This document shows, piece after piece, positions 28,006 to 36,357 of a stretch of 44,968 nucleotides of DNA (its first letter is position 1; each line of letters begins with the position of its first letter). A program made the position numbers and the translations under genes. The stretch is from positions 1-44,968 of IMG/VR virus record IMGVR_UViG_3300031881_000087. One strand, written 5' to 3'. Origin of the DNA: a virus. The notes below the pieces were generated by a model that had not been told where the DNA came from, did no database searches, and worked only from the letters and a program-made list of their open reading frames with translations.

Positions 28006-28820
28006 TGTCCCGTCCCCGCTCCCCTGTCACGGGGGGAAACCCCCCTTGTCGTTGGTATCGGCACTTCGACGGGATCGAAAGCCTACTGGCCTCGGTCCCG
28101 GCCGATCGACTGCGCACGTCCCCCGCATGGCGCGCCATCGACCCGGAACGGTCTACTCGGCTCGCAATCGAAGGCGATACCTCGCCCGATTCCGTCGCGG
28201 CGTTCGAGCGCGGCCGGAAGATTGCCAACGATACGCTGGGCGAATTGTCGGTCGCATCGTCGGACTGGGCGCTCGACTACGCCGGAGCAATTCCATCGGT
28301 CCCCCACTATCTAGCCGGTTGTGACAGGACAATGCGGCGCCGCGTCGAAAGCGCTTCAGTGCATTCTCCGGTCCGCGTGTTCGCATCGACAATGACGCAA
28401 TGGAGTTATTCCCTCGCGCAAGTCGCGGAACGCGCGGGGATCATGGCCGGTGCGATCGCGCTACTCGCCGAGCGTCGCCCGGTGGAACTAGTGCTGTGCT
28501 TCGGATGCGGTAGCAAGGCGCCGGTTATGGCGTCCTGGAATCAGCCGACACGGGACGCCAGTATCGTGCTCGCACAATTCGCACAAACACGGGGCAGCAT
28601 ATATAAGGCCGTTGGCGTCCACAATATGGACAACGGAGGATCGGAAAGCGACGTAAGCCCGTTCTTCGGGAACCCACGGGCGAACAGGGTGCGATTCATC
28701 GCCGACGTTCTGGGAATCGGACCGGACGATATCTATATCGGCGAATGGCTGCCGGGCGAACCCGCTGAGAAGTGCCTTGACGGGTTCCGGGCGACCCTTG
28801 CCGCGATGGCGGACGAATAG
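28005..28820 (+). CDS. Partner of the AAA+ ATPase, unknown fold (271 aa)
   Basis: It is translationally coupled to the ATPase gene (TAATG). It sits where CobT/vWA partners sit, but I could not find a DxSxS MIDAS motif. Confidence 0.5.
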   Translation: MSRPRSPVTGGNPPCRWYRHFDGIESLLASVPADRLRTSPAWRAIDPERSTRLAIEGDTSPDSVAAFERGRKIANDTLGELSVASSDWALDYAGAIPSVPHYLAGCDRTMRRRVESASVHSPVRVFASTMTQWSYSLAQVAERAGIMAGAIALLAERRPVELVLCFGCGSKAPVMASWNQPTRDASIVLAQFAQTRGSIYKAVGVHNMDNGGSESDVSPFFGNPRANRVRFIADVLGIGPDDIYIGEWLPGEPAEKCLDGFRATLAAMADE

Positions 28821-28889
28821 CGCCGCCGCCGGGTCCGGCCGTATTCCCGGCCGCTGACGATGGCCCCAGGTAGGGCCGAAACCCGGAAC

Positions 28890-29177
28890 ATGACAAAGCA
28901 AAGCAATTCACTCCGGCATGCCGATCGGCTTGCCAGCGAACCCTTCACCTTTCCCGGCGGATACCCAATGCTCGCCCTTACGCACGATGGCGGAACGCTG
29001 TGTCCCGCGTGTTGCAAGGCGGAGCGGCGCAACATCGCGCTTGCCGATCCGCGCGGCCGGGACGGTTGGCTTGTGGTCGGCCTTTTCATTCATTGGGAAG
29101 GGGCGCCGAGCACCTGTGACAATTGCGGGAACGATACCGCAAGCGCCTACGGCGATCCCGAGCAAGGGGGCGAGTAG
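28890..29177 (+). CDS. Small Cys-containing protein (95 aa)
   Basis: It carries FPGGYP...DGGTLCPACC...CDNCGN...SAYGD, a putative zinc-binding pattern. The start was trimmed to MTKQSN. Confidence 0.5.
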   Translation: MTKQSNSLRHADRLASEPFTFPGGYPMLALTHDGGTLCPACCKAERRNIALADPRGRDGWLVVGLFIHWEGAPSTCDNCGNDTASAYGDPEQGGE

Positions 29178-29392
29178 TGGGCGTCCCCGTGTCACGAACG
29201 CCCGGCCACGTATGGCGACCGCCTAAGCACGGCGTCAAGCGACTAGTCCGCGTCGCGGATTGTGTCACGGTCGCCGAGGTTCACCGTACCGCAAGCGGGT
29301 TTCTCGTTCGCGTGCCCGGCTTGCCCGATTGCACATGCAAGGGCGCGCAAGAATCCGTTCGTCTCGCCGAGCAGCGCGCTATGGAAAAGTAG
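29177..29392 (+). CDS. Hypothetical protein (71 aa), GTG start
   Basis: TAGTG stop/start overlap with the upstream gene. The remainder of the track ORF upstream is Arg-rich and looks like noise. Confidence 0.4.
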   Translation: MGVPVSRTPGHVWRPPKHGVKRLVRVADCVTVAEVHRTASGFLVRVPGLPDCTCKGAQESVRLAEQRAMEK

Positions 29393-29403
29393 CGTTGCCC
29401 CCC

Positions 29404-29432
29404 TTGTCTATCTCAAGTCTACGCTGTATCGT
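29404..29432 (+). promoter_or_regulatory. Candidate sigma-70-type promoter TTGTCT-17 nt-TATCGT
   Basis: It lies in one of the few less GC-rich intergenic stretches, about 20 nt upstream of the AAGAGG SD and the ATG at 29453. This is a hexamer match by eye only. Confidence 0.3.
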
Positions 29433-29452
29433 TGTCGAAAGAGGTTCCGAAC

Positions 29453-29962
29453 ATGACTGCCCGCCGCGAGCGTTCGCGGTCCCGCTGGCCACGGGTGACA
29501 CGGCCAAACGATAGAACCATGGAAAGCAAAGCAGTCGAAACCAGTCCCGAGGAAGCCGGAAACCATCACTTGGTTATGAAGCTGGCCCGTCAGCGCCTGT
29601 CGCTCATCCAGGCGGCGGCGGAATTGATCAACCGGGCAGCGATGGCCCCCGGCAACCTTTTGGGGTGCCCGTCCGCTGAGTGGGCCGATGGGCGCGCATC
29701 GGCTTCGATCGAATGCGCCCTTGCGGCGGTCCGGTTCGCACATGTCAATTGCGAGCTGGAAGTACAGACCCGCGAGAAGGACAGCGACGTTCCGGAGGAG
29801 GCCGTCTCCGACGCCATCACGCAAAGCAAGTTCAAGGAAGGCGCATGCCGCGAGATCATGGCGGCGGTCGGCGCGTGCGCGCTGGCCGGTGGTAAGTGCG
29901 TGACCGAGCGCGAGCCTGACACGGACCGCGCCGCCGAGGATCATGCCGAGGGGGGCGCGTGA
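29453..29962 (+). CDS. Hypothetical protein (169 aa)
   Basis: ORF with an AAGAGG SD about 9 nt upstream of the ATG. Confidence 0.5.
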   Translation: MTARRERSRSRWPRVTRPNDRTMESKAVETSPEEAGNHHLVMKLARQRLSLIQAAAELINRAAMAPGNLLGCPSAEWADGRASASIECALAAVRFAHVNCELEVQTREKDSDVPEEAVSDAITQSKFKEGACREIMAAVGACALAGGKCVTEREPDTDRAAEDHAEGGA

Positions 29963-30084
29963 TGCGCCCCCGGCGCATCGACTGGCGTGACGTGGCTGTC
30001 ACGCTCGCGGCCCTGCTCGGAGCGGCGCTGATCGGCTACGCCATGGGGCTTGCCGGCGGCATTCGGGAGGTATTCGGATGGTAG
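29962..30084 (+). CDS. Small single-pass membrane protein (40 aa)
   Basis: Hand-translated as MRPRRIDWRDVAVTLAALLGAALIGYAMGLAGGIREVFGW. It has overlap coupling at both ends (TGATG and ATGGTAG). Confidence 0.45.
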   Translation: MRPRRIDWRDVAVTLAALLGAALIGYAMGLAGGIREVFGW

Positions 30085-30395
30085 CCCACCCGCCTATCCT
30101 GGAAGTCGGGTTGCTGCCCCCCGACGTCCCAATGTTCTGTTCAAGCTGTGTCACTGAAGAGCGCAGGACGGACGCAACCCATTGGGCGGTTTCCCCGGAG
30201 GGCAACGCCATAACGAAACTGTGCGGCGACCACGGGCGCGAGCTGTGCGCTTACATGCCCACTTGGTCGCTCCACCTGATCCACCATGACACGGCACACG
30301 ATCGGACCACACACGCCCGACCGCCGGTCTGCCCGCACTCCGATTGCCGGCAACACTTCATCGACACGGGGGCGAACAAGTGCCTGCGCGACTGA
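30078..30395 (+). CDS. Hypothetical Cys/His-rich protein (105 aa)
   Basis: ORF coupled to both neighbours. Confidence 0.5.
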   Translation: MVAHPPILEVGLLPPDVPMFCSSCVTEERRTDATHWAVSPEGNAITKLCGDHGRELCAYMPTWSLHLIHHDTAHDRTTHARPPVCPHSDCRQHFIDTGANKCLRD

Positions 30396-30532
30396 TGCAA
30401 GCCGGGCGCGTGCCCCTTGAAACCATGTTCCGCGCGTACTGCTTCCGGCAGTCGCGCGCCATCTTCCGCCACGATGGCAAGCTGTCGGCCCTTCGCCGGC
30501 TGCTTGCCGATATTCCCTGCCGGTTCCTCTAA
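30395..30532 (+). CDS. Small hypothetical protein (45 aa)
   Basis: TGATG coupling to the upstream gene; sequence begins MQAGRVPLETMFRAYCF... Confidence 0.35.
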   Translation: MQAGRVPLETMFRAYCFRQSRAIFRHDGKLSALRRLLADIPCRFL

Positions 30533-30546
30533 CACAAGCCAGAACC

Positions 30547-30972
30547 ATGACAACAAAGCAAAGCAAAGCGGCCCTCGTCGAGTTGGTTACCGAGTACATC
30601 GCGCACGCGAACGGGTCGGAGGGATTCCACCGCCACCCGTTGGCGCGCAAACTCATCTACACGGACGGGATCAAGTTCGTAGCTGACACGCTGGGCGCGC
30701 ACTGGCTCGTCGATGCCATTGCCAGCTACGTTGCCACGAGCGAGGCCGTGCGGCGCGAGGACTTCCAGGTCTGGACGCTGACCGCCCCCGCATCGGAGCG
30801 CGACGGCGCCCGCCTTGTGTGCGACGACGGCAACGGCCGCGAGATCATCGCGCAAGAGATCGGTTACACCGACTTCCCGCGCGAGCTGATGCCGTTCGGC
30901 GTCTACTGCGAAGCCAGCGAGCTAGAACCCGGCGTGACAGGCTTCGTGCTGATGCTCAAAGGGGAACGCTGA
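30547..30972 (+). CDS. DUF6876-like protein
   Basis: The pattern YH/FH..L....YTDG..F.A...GA.WL.D.I.........FQ.W.L......A.L...DG......Q.I.YTDFP matches my memory of the plasmid/ICE/phage DUF6876 family. Confidence 0.55.
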   Translation: MTTKQSKAALVELVTEYIAHANGSEGFHRHPLARKLIYTDGIKFVADTLGAHWLVDAIASYVATSEAVRREDFQVWTLTAPASERDGARLVCDDGNGREIIAQEIGYTDFPRELMPFGVYCEASELEPGVTGFVLMLKGER

Positions 30973-31217
30973 TGCTGAGTGACTTCGACGCGGGGGCATG
31001 GGCCATGGTTTCGTACATCTACAACACCAGCGGCGAGCAGTTCGCCCGCGACGCCTACGGCGATGAGCCTCACCCCAGCTACCTCGCCGAGAAGGCGAAC
31101 ACCTGGGCAAGCAGCCCTGTCAGGGCGTTGGGGTTTCTCGGTGCGGAGCAGCGTGCCCGCATCTTCACCAAGGTCAGGAAGGAGGCCGTCCAGATGGACG
31201 TGTGGAATCTGCAATGA
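30972..31217 (+). CDS. Hypothetical protein (81 aa)
   Basis: TGATG coupling to the upstream gene; sequence begins MLSDFDAGAWAMVSYIYN... Confidence 0.45.
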   Translation: MLSDFDAGAWAMVSYIYNTSGEQFARDAYGDEPHPSYLAEKANTWASSPVRALGFLGAEQRARIFTKVRKEAVQMDVWNLQ

Positions 31218-31525
31218 GCTATCAAAAGTGCAATCTGTGTCACGAACGATACAAGGGCGTCCACCTGTGCAAGCCGGAGTGGGAAACGGAGCACCTCTGG
31301 GGCAAAACCTTCGAGGAGGACCGCACGGTCCGCGCCCATGACGCCGAAGGCGCTGCCGAGCGGTGGGCCGAGTTCTACGACGATGACGGTGCGATTCGTA
31401 ACGCGGACGGTTGCACGAAAGAGCGCATTCGCGTCAGGCTCCTCGGCTCCTCCGATCCATGGCAAGTGTTCGACGTGACCGCAAGCCAGAGCATTGACTA
31501 CAGCGCCCAGGCGGTGACCGAATGA
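31214..31525 (+). CDS. Hypothetical protein (103 aa)
   Basis: ATGA coupling to the upstream gene; carries a C..C pair near the N-terminus. Confidence 0.5.
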   Translation: MSYQKCNLCHERYKGVHLCKPEWETEHLWGKTFEEDRTVRAHDAEGAAERWAEFYDDDGAIRNADGCTKERIRVRLLGSSDPWQVFDVTASQSIDYSAQAVTE

Positions 31526-31797
31526 AAGCCAACCCCATGAAGTGGAAACCGGCCCTCGACACCGAAGACAGCCAGCCGTGCGCTGTGTGGTCTAAAGCGG
31601 TGGAGTGGCTAGATGATCTGATGGTGGACGCCATCGGCGGGTTCATACCAGCGAGATGGCAGGATGAGACGCCTGCCGGGGGCTGCGATCACATCTACCT
31701 CTACCGCATGGGTCGCGCGTCGTTCCGCGTCCACTGGCACACCTGCTGTCAGGATCACCCGGTGTGGATCACGAAGCTTGAGGTGGTGAAGTCGTGA
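31522..31797 (+). CDS. Hypothetical protein (91 aa)
   Basis: ATGA coupling at both ends. Confidence 0.5.
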   Translation: MKANPMKWKPALDTEDSQPCAVWSKAVEWLDDLMVDAIGGFIPARWQDETPAGGCDHIYLYRMGRASFRVHWHTCCQDHPVWITKLEVVKS

Positions 31798-32186
31798 CGC
31801 AGACCAACGGAGTCCATTGCTGGCGATGCTGCTGCTGGCGATACTGCCTGCGCCCCGCCGCCAAGGCGGGGGAGTGCTCCTGCGAATGCCATCTTGCGAA
31901 GCAAGAGGACGAACGCTACTCTGTAGGCATGCCACAACAAGCAAGCCCAGGGGCGAAAGCCGGCGGCCGACCATCTAACACCGCCTTCGGCCGCGCCCTG
32001 CGCCGCAAGGGCATCACCAGCGAACAGCTCGCCAAGATCACCGGCTACAGCGAGACAGCCGTGCGATCCTGGCGGGCTGGCGTCAGGATTCCGCAGCGCG
32101 GGGCGCTGATCCTGATCGCCGCCGCGCTCGGCATCAAGCCCAGCGCGGTGCTGCGGCTGATCAAGACCGCGATCAAAGCAAAGTAA
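31794..32186 (+). CDS. XRE-type HTH protein with a Cys-rich N-terminal extension
   Basis: FGRALRRKGITSEQLAKITGYSETAVRSWRAGVRIPQRGALILIAAALGI is a classic HTH_3/XRE pattern. It has a GTG start overlapping the upstream stop. An internal Met at 31929 could give an HTH-only product. Confidence 0.6.
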   Translation: MTQTNGVHCWRCCCWRYCLRPAAKAGECSCECHLAKQEDERYSVGMPQQASPGAKAGGRPSNTAFGRALRRKGITSEQLAKITGYSETAVRSWRAGVRIPQRGALILIAAALGIKPSAVLRLIKTAIKAK

Positions 32187-32198
32187 GGACGCAGAACC

Positions 32199-33182
32199 AT
32201 GACACGAAAGCATCTGATCGGCGGCACCGACGCCGCCACCCTGCTCGGCGTTGGCCGAGAGTCCCGACTCCACCTCTACATGCGGCTGCGCGGTGAGATC
32301 CCCAACGAGGAGCCCGACAACGAGGACGCGCTCAAGGCCGGCAAGCTGGCTGAGGATGGACTGATCCGCCCGTTGGTCGAGGATCTGATCGACACGAACG
32401 GCGAGGGTGCGCTCGTTCGCGCGGCCCCGGTGCCACTGCAAGTCGACCCGCGGATCGGCGTCTCGCCGGACTTCTACGCGAGCAACGGCCGCGATGTGGA
32501 AGCGAAGCTGACAGGCTCCCGGCTGCTGTGGGGCACGCACGAGTCTCGACAGGTTCCGCTGCACGTCTACCTGCAAGTGCAGTTCCAGTATGCGGTGCCC
32601 CGTGACAACGGGATGCCGCGTCACGCCATCGACGTGTGGACGATGTTCCTGCCGAGCTACGACCTGTGCCGATACCCGATCCCCGAGGACATCGAAGTCG
32701 GGAAGAAGCTGATTGAGGCCGCGCACGAGATGCTGCGCCGTGTCGATGCAGGACTGGAACCCGAGGCGACCAACGAGGAGGACGCGCGGGCGAAGTTCCT
32801 TGCCTACAACGAGGAGCCGATCGAACTCAGCGCAGAGCAGCAAGCCAGCGTGAAGCGCATCGGCGAGCTGTCACGAATCATGCGGGAGGCCAAGGCCGAG
32901 AGTGACGATCTGCGCAACCAGCTCTTGCCACAGCTCGGCAATGCCTCGGTGTTGATCGGTGCCGGCGGCGAAGTCGTGGCGACGTGGCGAGCCAACCGCG
33001 TGTTCGACGAGGTTGCGTTCGCGCGTAAGCACCCGGACATCCTCGCCCAATACACCGTTCCGAAGCTCGACATGGCGGCTGTCAGGAAGCATCACAAGAA
33101 GGCCGTCGAAGCCTGCATGGTGATGCCTACGCACCCAAGCGAGCAAACCCGCGTATTCAAGGTGAAGGGGGGTGATGACTGA
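32199..33182 (+). CDS. YqaJ-type (lambda Exo-like) recombination exonuclease
   Basis: It has the N-terminal IGGTDAATLLG motif and PD-(D/E)xK-like SPD...EAK, and lies immediately upstream of recT. Confidence 0.7.
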   Translation: MTRKHLIGGTDAATLLGVGRESRLHLYMRLRGEIPNEEPDNEDALKAGKLAEDGLIRPLVEDLIDTNGEGALVRAAPVPLQVDPRIGVSPDFYASNGRDVEAKLTGSRLLWGTHESRQVPLHVYLQVQFQYAVPRDNGMPRHAIDVWTMFLPSYDLCRYPIPEDIEVGKKLIEAAHEMLRRVDAGLEPEATNEEDARAKFLAYNEEPIELSAEQQASVKRIGELSRIMREAKAESDDLRNQLLPQLGNASVLIGAGGEVVATWRANRVFDEVAFARKHPDILAQYTVPKLDMAAVRKHHKKAVEACMVMPTHPSEQTRVFKVKGGDD

Positions 33183-33307
33183 TGGCTCCCAAGACGATCG
33201 AGGAACAGATCGTCGGCTGTGCAGCGTTCGGAAGGGTATCGGAATCAGAGGTCCACGCCGAGATGGCGAGGCGTCACAACCAACAACACAAGCCGTCAGC
33301 CAACTAG
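33182..33307 (+). CDS. Small hypothetical protein (41 aa)
   Basis: Hand-translated as MAPKTIEEQIVGCAAFGRV...; TGATG coupling. It fills the gap before recT. The competing 115-aa track ORF is Arg-rich and overlaps recT. Confidence 0.35.
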   Translation: MAPKTIEEQIVGCAAFGRVSESEVHAEMARRHNQQHKPSAN

Positions 33308-33325
33308 GCCGGCGGAGGAGTAACA

Positions 33326-34324
33326 ATGGCACTGCAAGTCACAATCTCAGACGCGAAGGGGCTCATTGCCCGCGAGTCGAAGCGTTTCCAGGCTGCGCTC
33401 GAAAGCGATCCGGCCGCCGGGCGCATCCGCCCGATCTCCTACGGCCCTTGGTACGCCGCGGCAATCGCCGACTTCGAGCGCCAGCCCGGCTTGATCGAGG
33501 CGTGTGTGCAGGCCCCTGACACGGTGATCGACGCCCTGTCAGTGGCCGCCAACTGTGGCCTGGTGCCAGGCAGCGCGCACGGCCAGTTCTACCTCATCCC
33601 TCGGTGGAACTCGAAGCGCCAGAGCATGACGGCCACGTTCATCATCGGCTACAAGGGCATGATCGACATGGCCTATCGGCACCCGCGCGTCCACAAATGC
33701 GAGGGATTCTTGGTCTACGAGGGCGAGCCCTTCGAGTGGGAACCCGGCGCCGGCAAGCTGATGCACAAGTGGTCGCCGCATGTCACGCGCGGCGAGGACA
33801 AGGTAGTCGCCGCGTACTCGAGGGTCGTGCTCACCGTGGCCAACGGCACGACGGTCGATCAGGAACCGCTCGTGTCGGTGATGACGCGCGACGAGATCCT
33901 GGCCGTGCGTGACAGGTCGGATGCGTGGAAGGCGTTCACCGCTGGCAAGATCAAGTCTACTCCGTGGAGCACTGACCCGTTGCCGATGATGCGCAAGACG
34001 GTGATCCGCGCGCACTTCAATGGCGGCTCAATCCCGCGATCGGCTGACCTGATGCTTGGCATCCAAGCCGAGCAGGATCAGGAGGAGCGGATGTCGCAAG
34101 CCGAGTTCTCGTCGGCGGCCACTGCTGTCACGACGACAGCGGCAACAGCCAGGGCGGCGGCCGGCCTAGCCGCGCTGCCTGACACGTCGTCGATGCTGCC
34201 TGAGCAGATCATCGCTTGGGTGGACACCGCTTCATCGGACCAACTTCACTCGATCGACCTGTCAGCGTTCCACGGCGAGGACCGCAAGCGCATCGAGATC
34301 GCCATCGAGGAGCGGCTGTCGTGA
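33326..34324 (+). CDS. recT: RecT-family single-strand annealing protein
   Basis: 332 aa. CGLVPGS..GQFYLIPR....IIGYKGMIDMA is the typical RecT core. It is paired with a YqaJ exonuclease. Confidence 0.75.
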   Translation: MALQVTISDAKGLIARESKRFQAALESDPAAGRIRPISYGPWYAAAIADFERQPGLIEACVQAPDTVIDALSVAANCGLVPGSAHGQFYLIPRWNSKRQSMTATFIIGYKGMIDMAYRHPRVHKCEGFLVYEGEPFEWEPGAGKLMHKWSPHVTRGEDKVVAAYSRVVLTVANGTTVDQEPLVSVMTRDEILAVRDRSDAWKAFTAGKIKSTPWSTDPLPMMRKTVIRAHFNGGSIPRSADLMLGIQAEQDQEERMSQAEFSSAATAVTTTAATARAAAGLAALPDTSSMLPEQIIAWVDTASSDQLHSIDLSAFHGEDRKRIEIAIEERLS

Positions 34325-34761
34325 GCGAGCAACTGAACATCGCCGAGCTGCGGAGGCTCGCTTCCGTAATCCGGGAACCACGCCACGGCATCGGGTGCAT
34401 CGCATCCGACTGCGCGCTGGCATCCGAAGCCCGCAACGCCCTCCCCGCGCTGCTGGACGCCGCCGATGAACGCGACGCGCTCAGGACCGAGATTGAGGCG
34501 GCGAAACTGATCCTGCCGGTCTGCTGCGGGAGCCTCGCCGATGCGGCCGACACGCTACGGCAGGAGCGCGACGCGCTCAAGGCGAAGCTGGCGGCACTGG
34601 CGTCCGCTTGCTCTACGTGGCAGGAGTGGGGAGGCCACTGCGATACGTGCGAGTTCGTTCGGCAACGAGACGCGAACCTGGCCCTCGACACTGCCCTGTT
34701 CGCCGACTACTGCGACTGCGGATGGTACGCTACGAGGAAGGCCCTCGACGTGAAAGTCTGA
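34321..34761 (+). CDS. Ead/Ea22-like protein, paralog A (shares its C-terminal module with 39921..40421)
   Basis: GTGA overlap start. It has an N-terminal AELRRLA motif and the C-terminal DALKAKLAALASACSTWQEWGGHCDTCEFVRQR module, encoded by a 100-bp exact repeat. Confidence 0.55.
   Translation: MSEQLNIAELRRLASVIREPRHGIGCIASDCALASEARNALPALLDAADERDALRTEIEAAKLILPVCCGSLADAADTLRQERDALKAKLAALASACSTWQEWGGHCDTCEFVRQRDANLALDTALFADYCDCGWYATRKALDVKV
34568..34667 (+). repeat. 100-bp exact direct repeat, copy 1 (copy 2 at 40219-40318)
   Basis: Base-by-base comparison. About 80 nt of diverged similarity follows each copy. Confidence 0.9.
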
Positions 34762-34850
34762 CTGGACGAGCAACGCCACAGCGTGTATATCCATCGGTCG
34801 CCGCGCATTCCGGGGCGTGGCGACCATCCTACTCCCGGCAACAAAGCAGC

Positions 34851-35069
34851 ATGCAGAAGTCCGAGTTTGGTTTCGTCAACGATGCCCGCCAAGAGCTGGC
34901 AACCCTCAACAAGATCGGCAAGGCGTTGAAGGGTCTGCCCCCGCAGATCGCCTTCAACGTGCTGGGCCGTGTCATGTTCGACCTGCAAACGAAGCAGGCC
35001 GAGGAACAGAAGAAGCAGCAGGGGGCCGGGCGGTCCCCGATGTCGGCGTTGCCCGTCGAGCCCGAGTAA
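34851..35069 (+). CDS. Hypothetical protein (72 aa)
   Basis: MQKSEFGFVNDARQELATLNKIGK... It is preceded by a 90-nt intergenic region and followed by a strong hairpin. Confidence 0.5.
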   Translation: MQKSEFGFVNDARQELATLNKIGKALKGLPPQIAFNVLGRVMFDLQTKQAEEQKKQQGAGRSPMSALPVEPE

Positions 35070-35127
35070 GGCTCACGCGCCGGGCTGTGGTGGGAGCCTC
35101 AGCCAGGCTGCACCTTCCCTGCAAAAG

Positions 35128-35165
35128 CACGAGGCCGACATTCGTTTCCGAATGTCGGCCTCGTG
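35128..35165 (+). terminator. Perfect 17-bp hairpin (cacgaggccgacattcg-tttc-cgaatgtcggcctcgtg)
   Basis: Read directly. It lies 59 nt after the upstream stop and has no U-tract. The SD GGAGAGG (35166-35172) and the ATG at 35180 follow immediately. Confidence 0.5.
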
Positions 35166-35179
35166 GGAGAGGTAGAACC

Positions 35180-35774
35180 ATGCTGCAAAGCGAGTCGAAC
35201 ACTACAAGGCGCAAGGGTGGAAGGCAAGCCCGCGATCCTTCGTTCCCGATCTACCCCCGGCGATTTACTGGTCGATCCGCGCATCGCCTGCCTATCGGCC
35301 ACCGAGCTGGGCGTCCACTTCAAGATGCTCCTGTTCGCGTGGATGAACCCGCTGCCCGCTGACCTGGCCCTGGTGCAGCAGATGGCCGGCGGCGAGATGA
35401 CTCCGCGTGTCCGCACGCTCTGGAGGATCGTCGATGGCTACCTACAGAACGACTACCTCGAAGGCGTGAGAGCTGACAGGGAGGCATTCCGAGCCGAGCA
35501 GAAACGCAAGTCGGACCGTGCCCACGGGAAGCCCGCGGGCAGTCCACGGGCACCATCCGGGCAACCAACGGGCGTCCCGCGGGCTGCCCTTCCGTTTCCC
35601 TCTCCTTCTCCGTCTCCGTTTCCATTGATGGATGCAAGCATGCAAGAGGTTTCTGTACCAGGAAAGAACCACGGCGGTAGCCCTGCCAGTACCCAGGAGG
35701 CCATCGCTCAGATCCTCGTAAACGCCAAGCCTAGCCACGATCAGGCAGGGGGGGCTACCGATGGTAACCCTTGA
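35180..35774 (+). CDS. DUF1376-like (replication/recombination-associated) protein, reading frame broken at a C5 run (35254-35258)
   Basis: The ATG at 35180 has a good SD and encodes MLQSE...RDPSFPIYP in one frame. GDLLVDPRIACLSATELGVHFKMLLFAWMNPLPAD continues in the +1 frame. Joined, the two match the DUF1376 signature fPfY.gD.l.d...LS.ee.G.Y..LL...W. Confidence 0.6.
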
Positions 35775-36357
35775 AGAGATCGTCGAAGCGCTGGCCAGCT
35801 ACGCCATCCACGAAGGATTCCCGAAGGAACGTCGCCAGCTCGCCGGCCAACTGCTCGCCGAAGGGGTGGATTCCGGCGCCGTCGAGGCCATCGGCAAGTT
35901 CTGCTTCCGAACCGTGCGCGACGGGAATCCTGCCGCTGTGGCAAACTGGCTGCTGATTGATCCGGTCAGGCGCAAAGACTGCCTCGATGACATCGGGTTC
36001 TGCGCCGACGCCGCCGCCGCCAAGCAGGCCGATGCCGTTGTGTCAAAGAGCTTGACGCCGAGTGAGGTCGCAACCCTCAGCAAGGGAGAGCCAACCGAGG
36101 AATGGTTGCAGAACCGAAACCTCTGCATCGCCTTCGCCCGAGTCGTGACAGAGCGGGCTCCTGTGAAGGTCGTCGCCGAGGAGCTGGGGCTGACCGAGAA
36201 GCAGGTTGCCGCATTGGTGAAGCAGGAGCGCGCTCGGCGCGGTGTCGATGCGGCGGCGCGCGGACACAAGGCGACAGCACTCGACGACGAGAAGGCCAGC
36301 GAGGAGCGGCGCAAGACCTGGCTCGCGGACATGCGGGCGAAGCGGGTGCCGCGGTGA
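35761..36357 (+). CDS. Hypothetical protein (198 aa) with a possible C-terminal HTH
   Basis: ORF overlapping the upstream gene by 14 nt. VAEELGLTEKQVAALVKQERAR is HTH-like. Confidence 0.5.
   Translation: MVTLEEIVEALASYAIHEGFPKERRQLAGQLLAEGVDSGAVEAIGKFCFRTVRDGNPAAVANWLLIDPVRRKDCLDDIGFCADAAAAKQADAVVSKSLTPSEVATLSKGEPTEEWLQNRNLCIAFARVVTERAPVKVVAEELGLTEKQVAALVKQERARRGVDAAARGHKATALDDEKASEERRKTWLADMRAKRVPR

Noticed and set aside
35163-35774. The ORF-track version of the DUF1376-like gene, starting at GTG 35163 in a single frame.
   Set aside because: That start lies inside the 3' arm of the 17-bp hairpin and has no SD. It also replaces the conserved FP.YP motif with an Arg/Ser-rich leader. ATG 35180 has a good SD and encodes the motif in the other frame.
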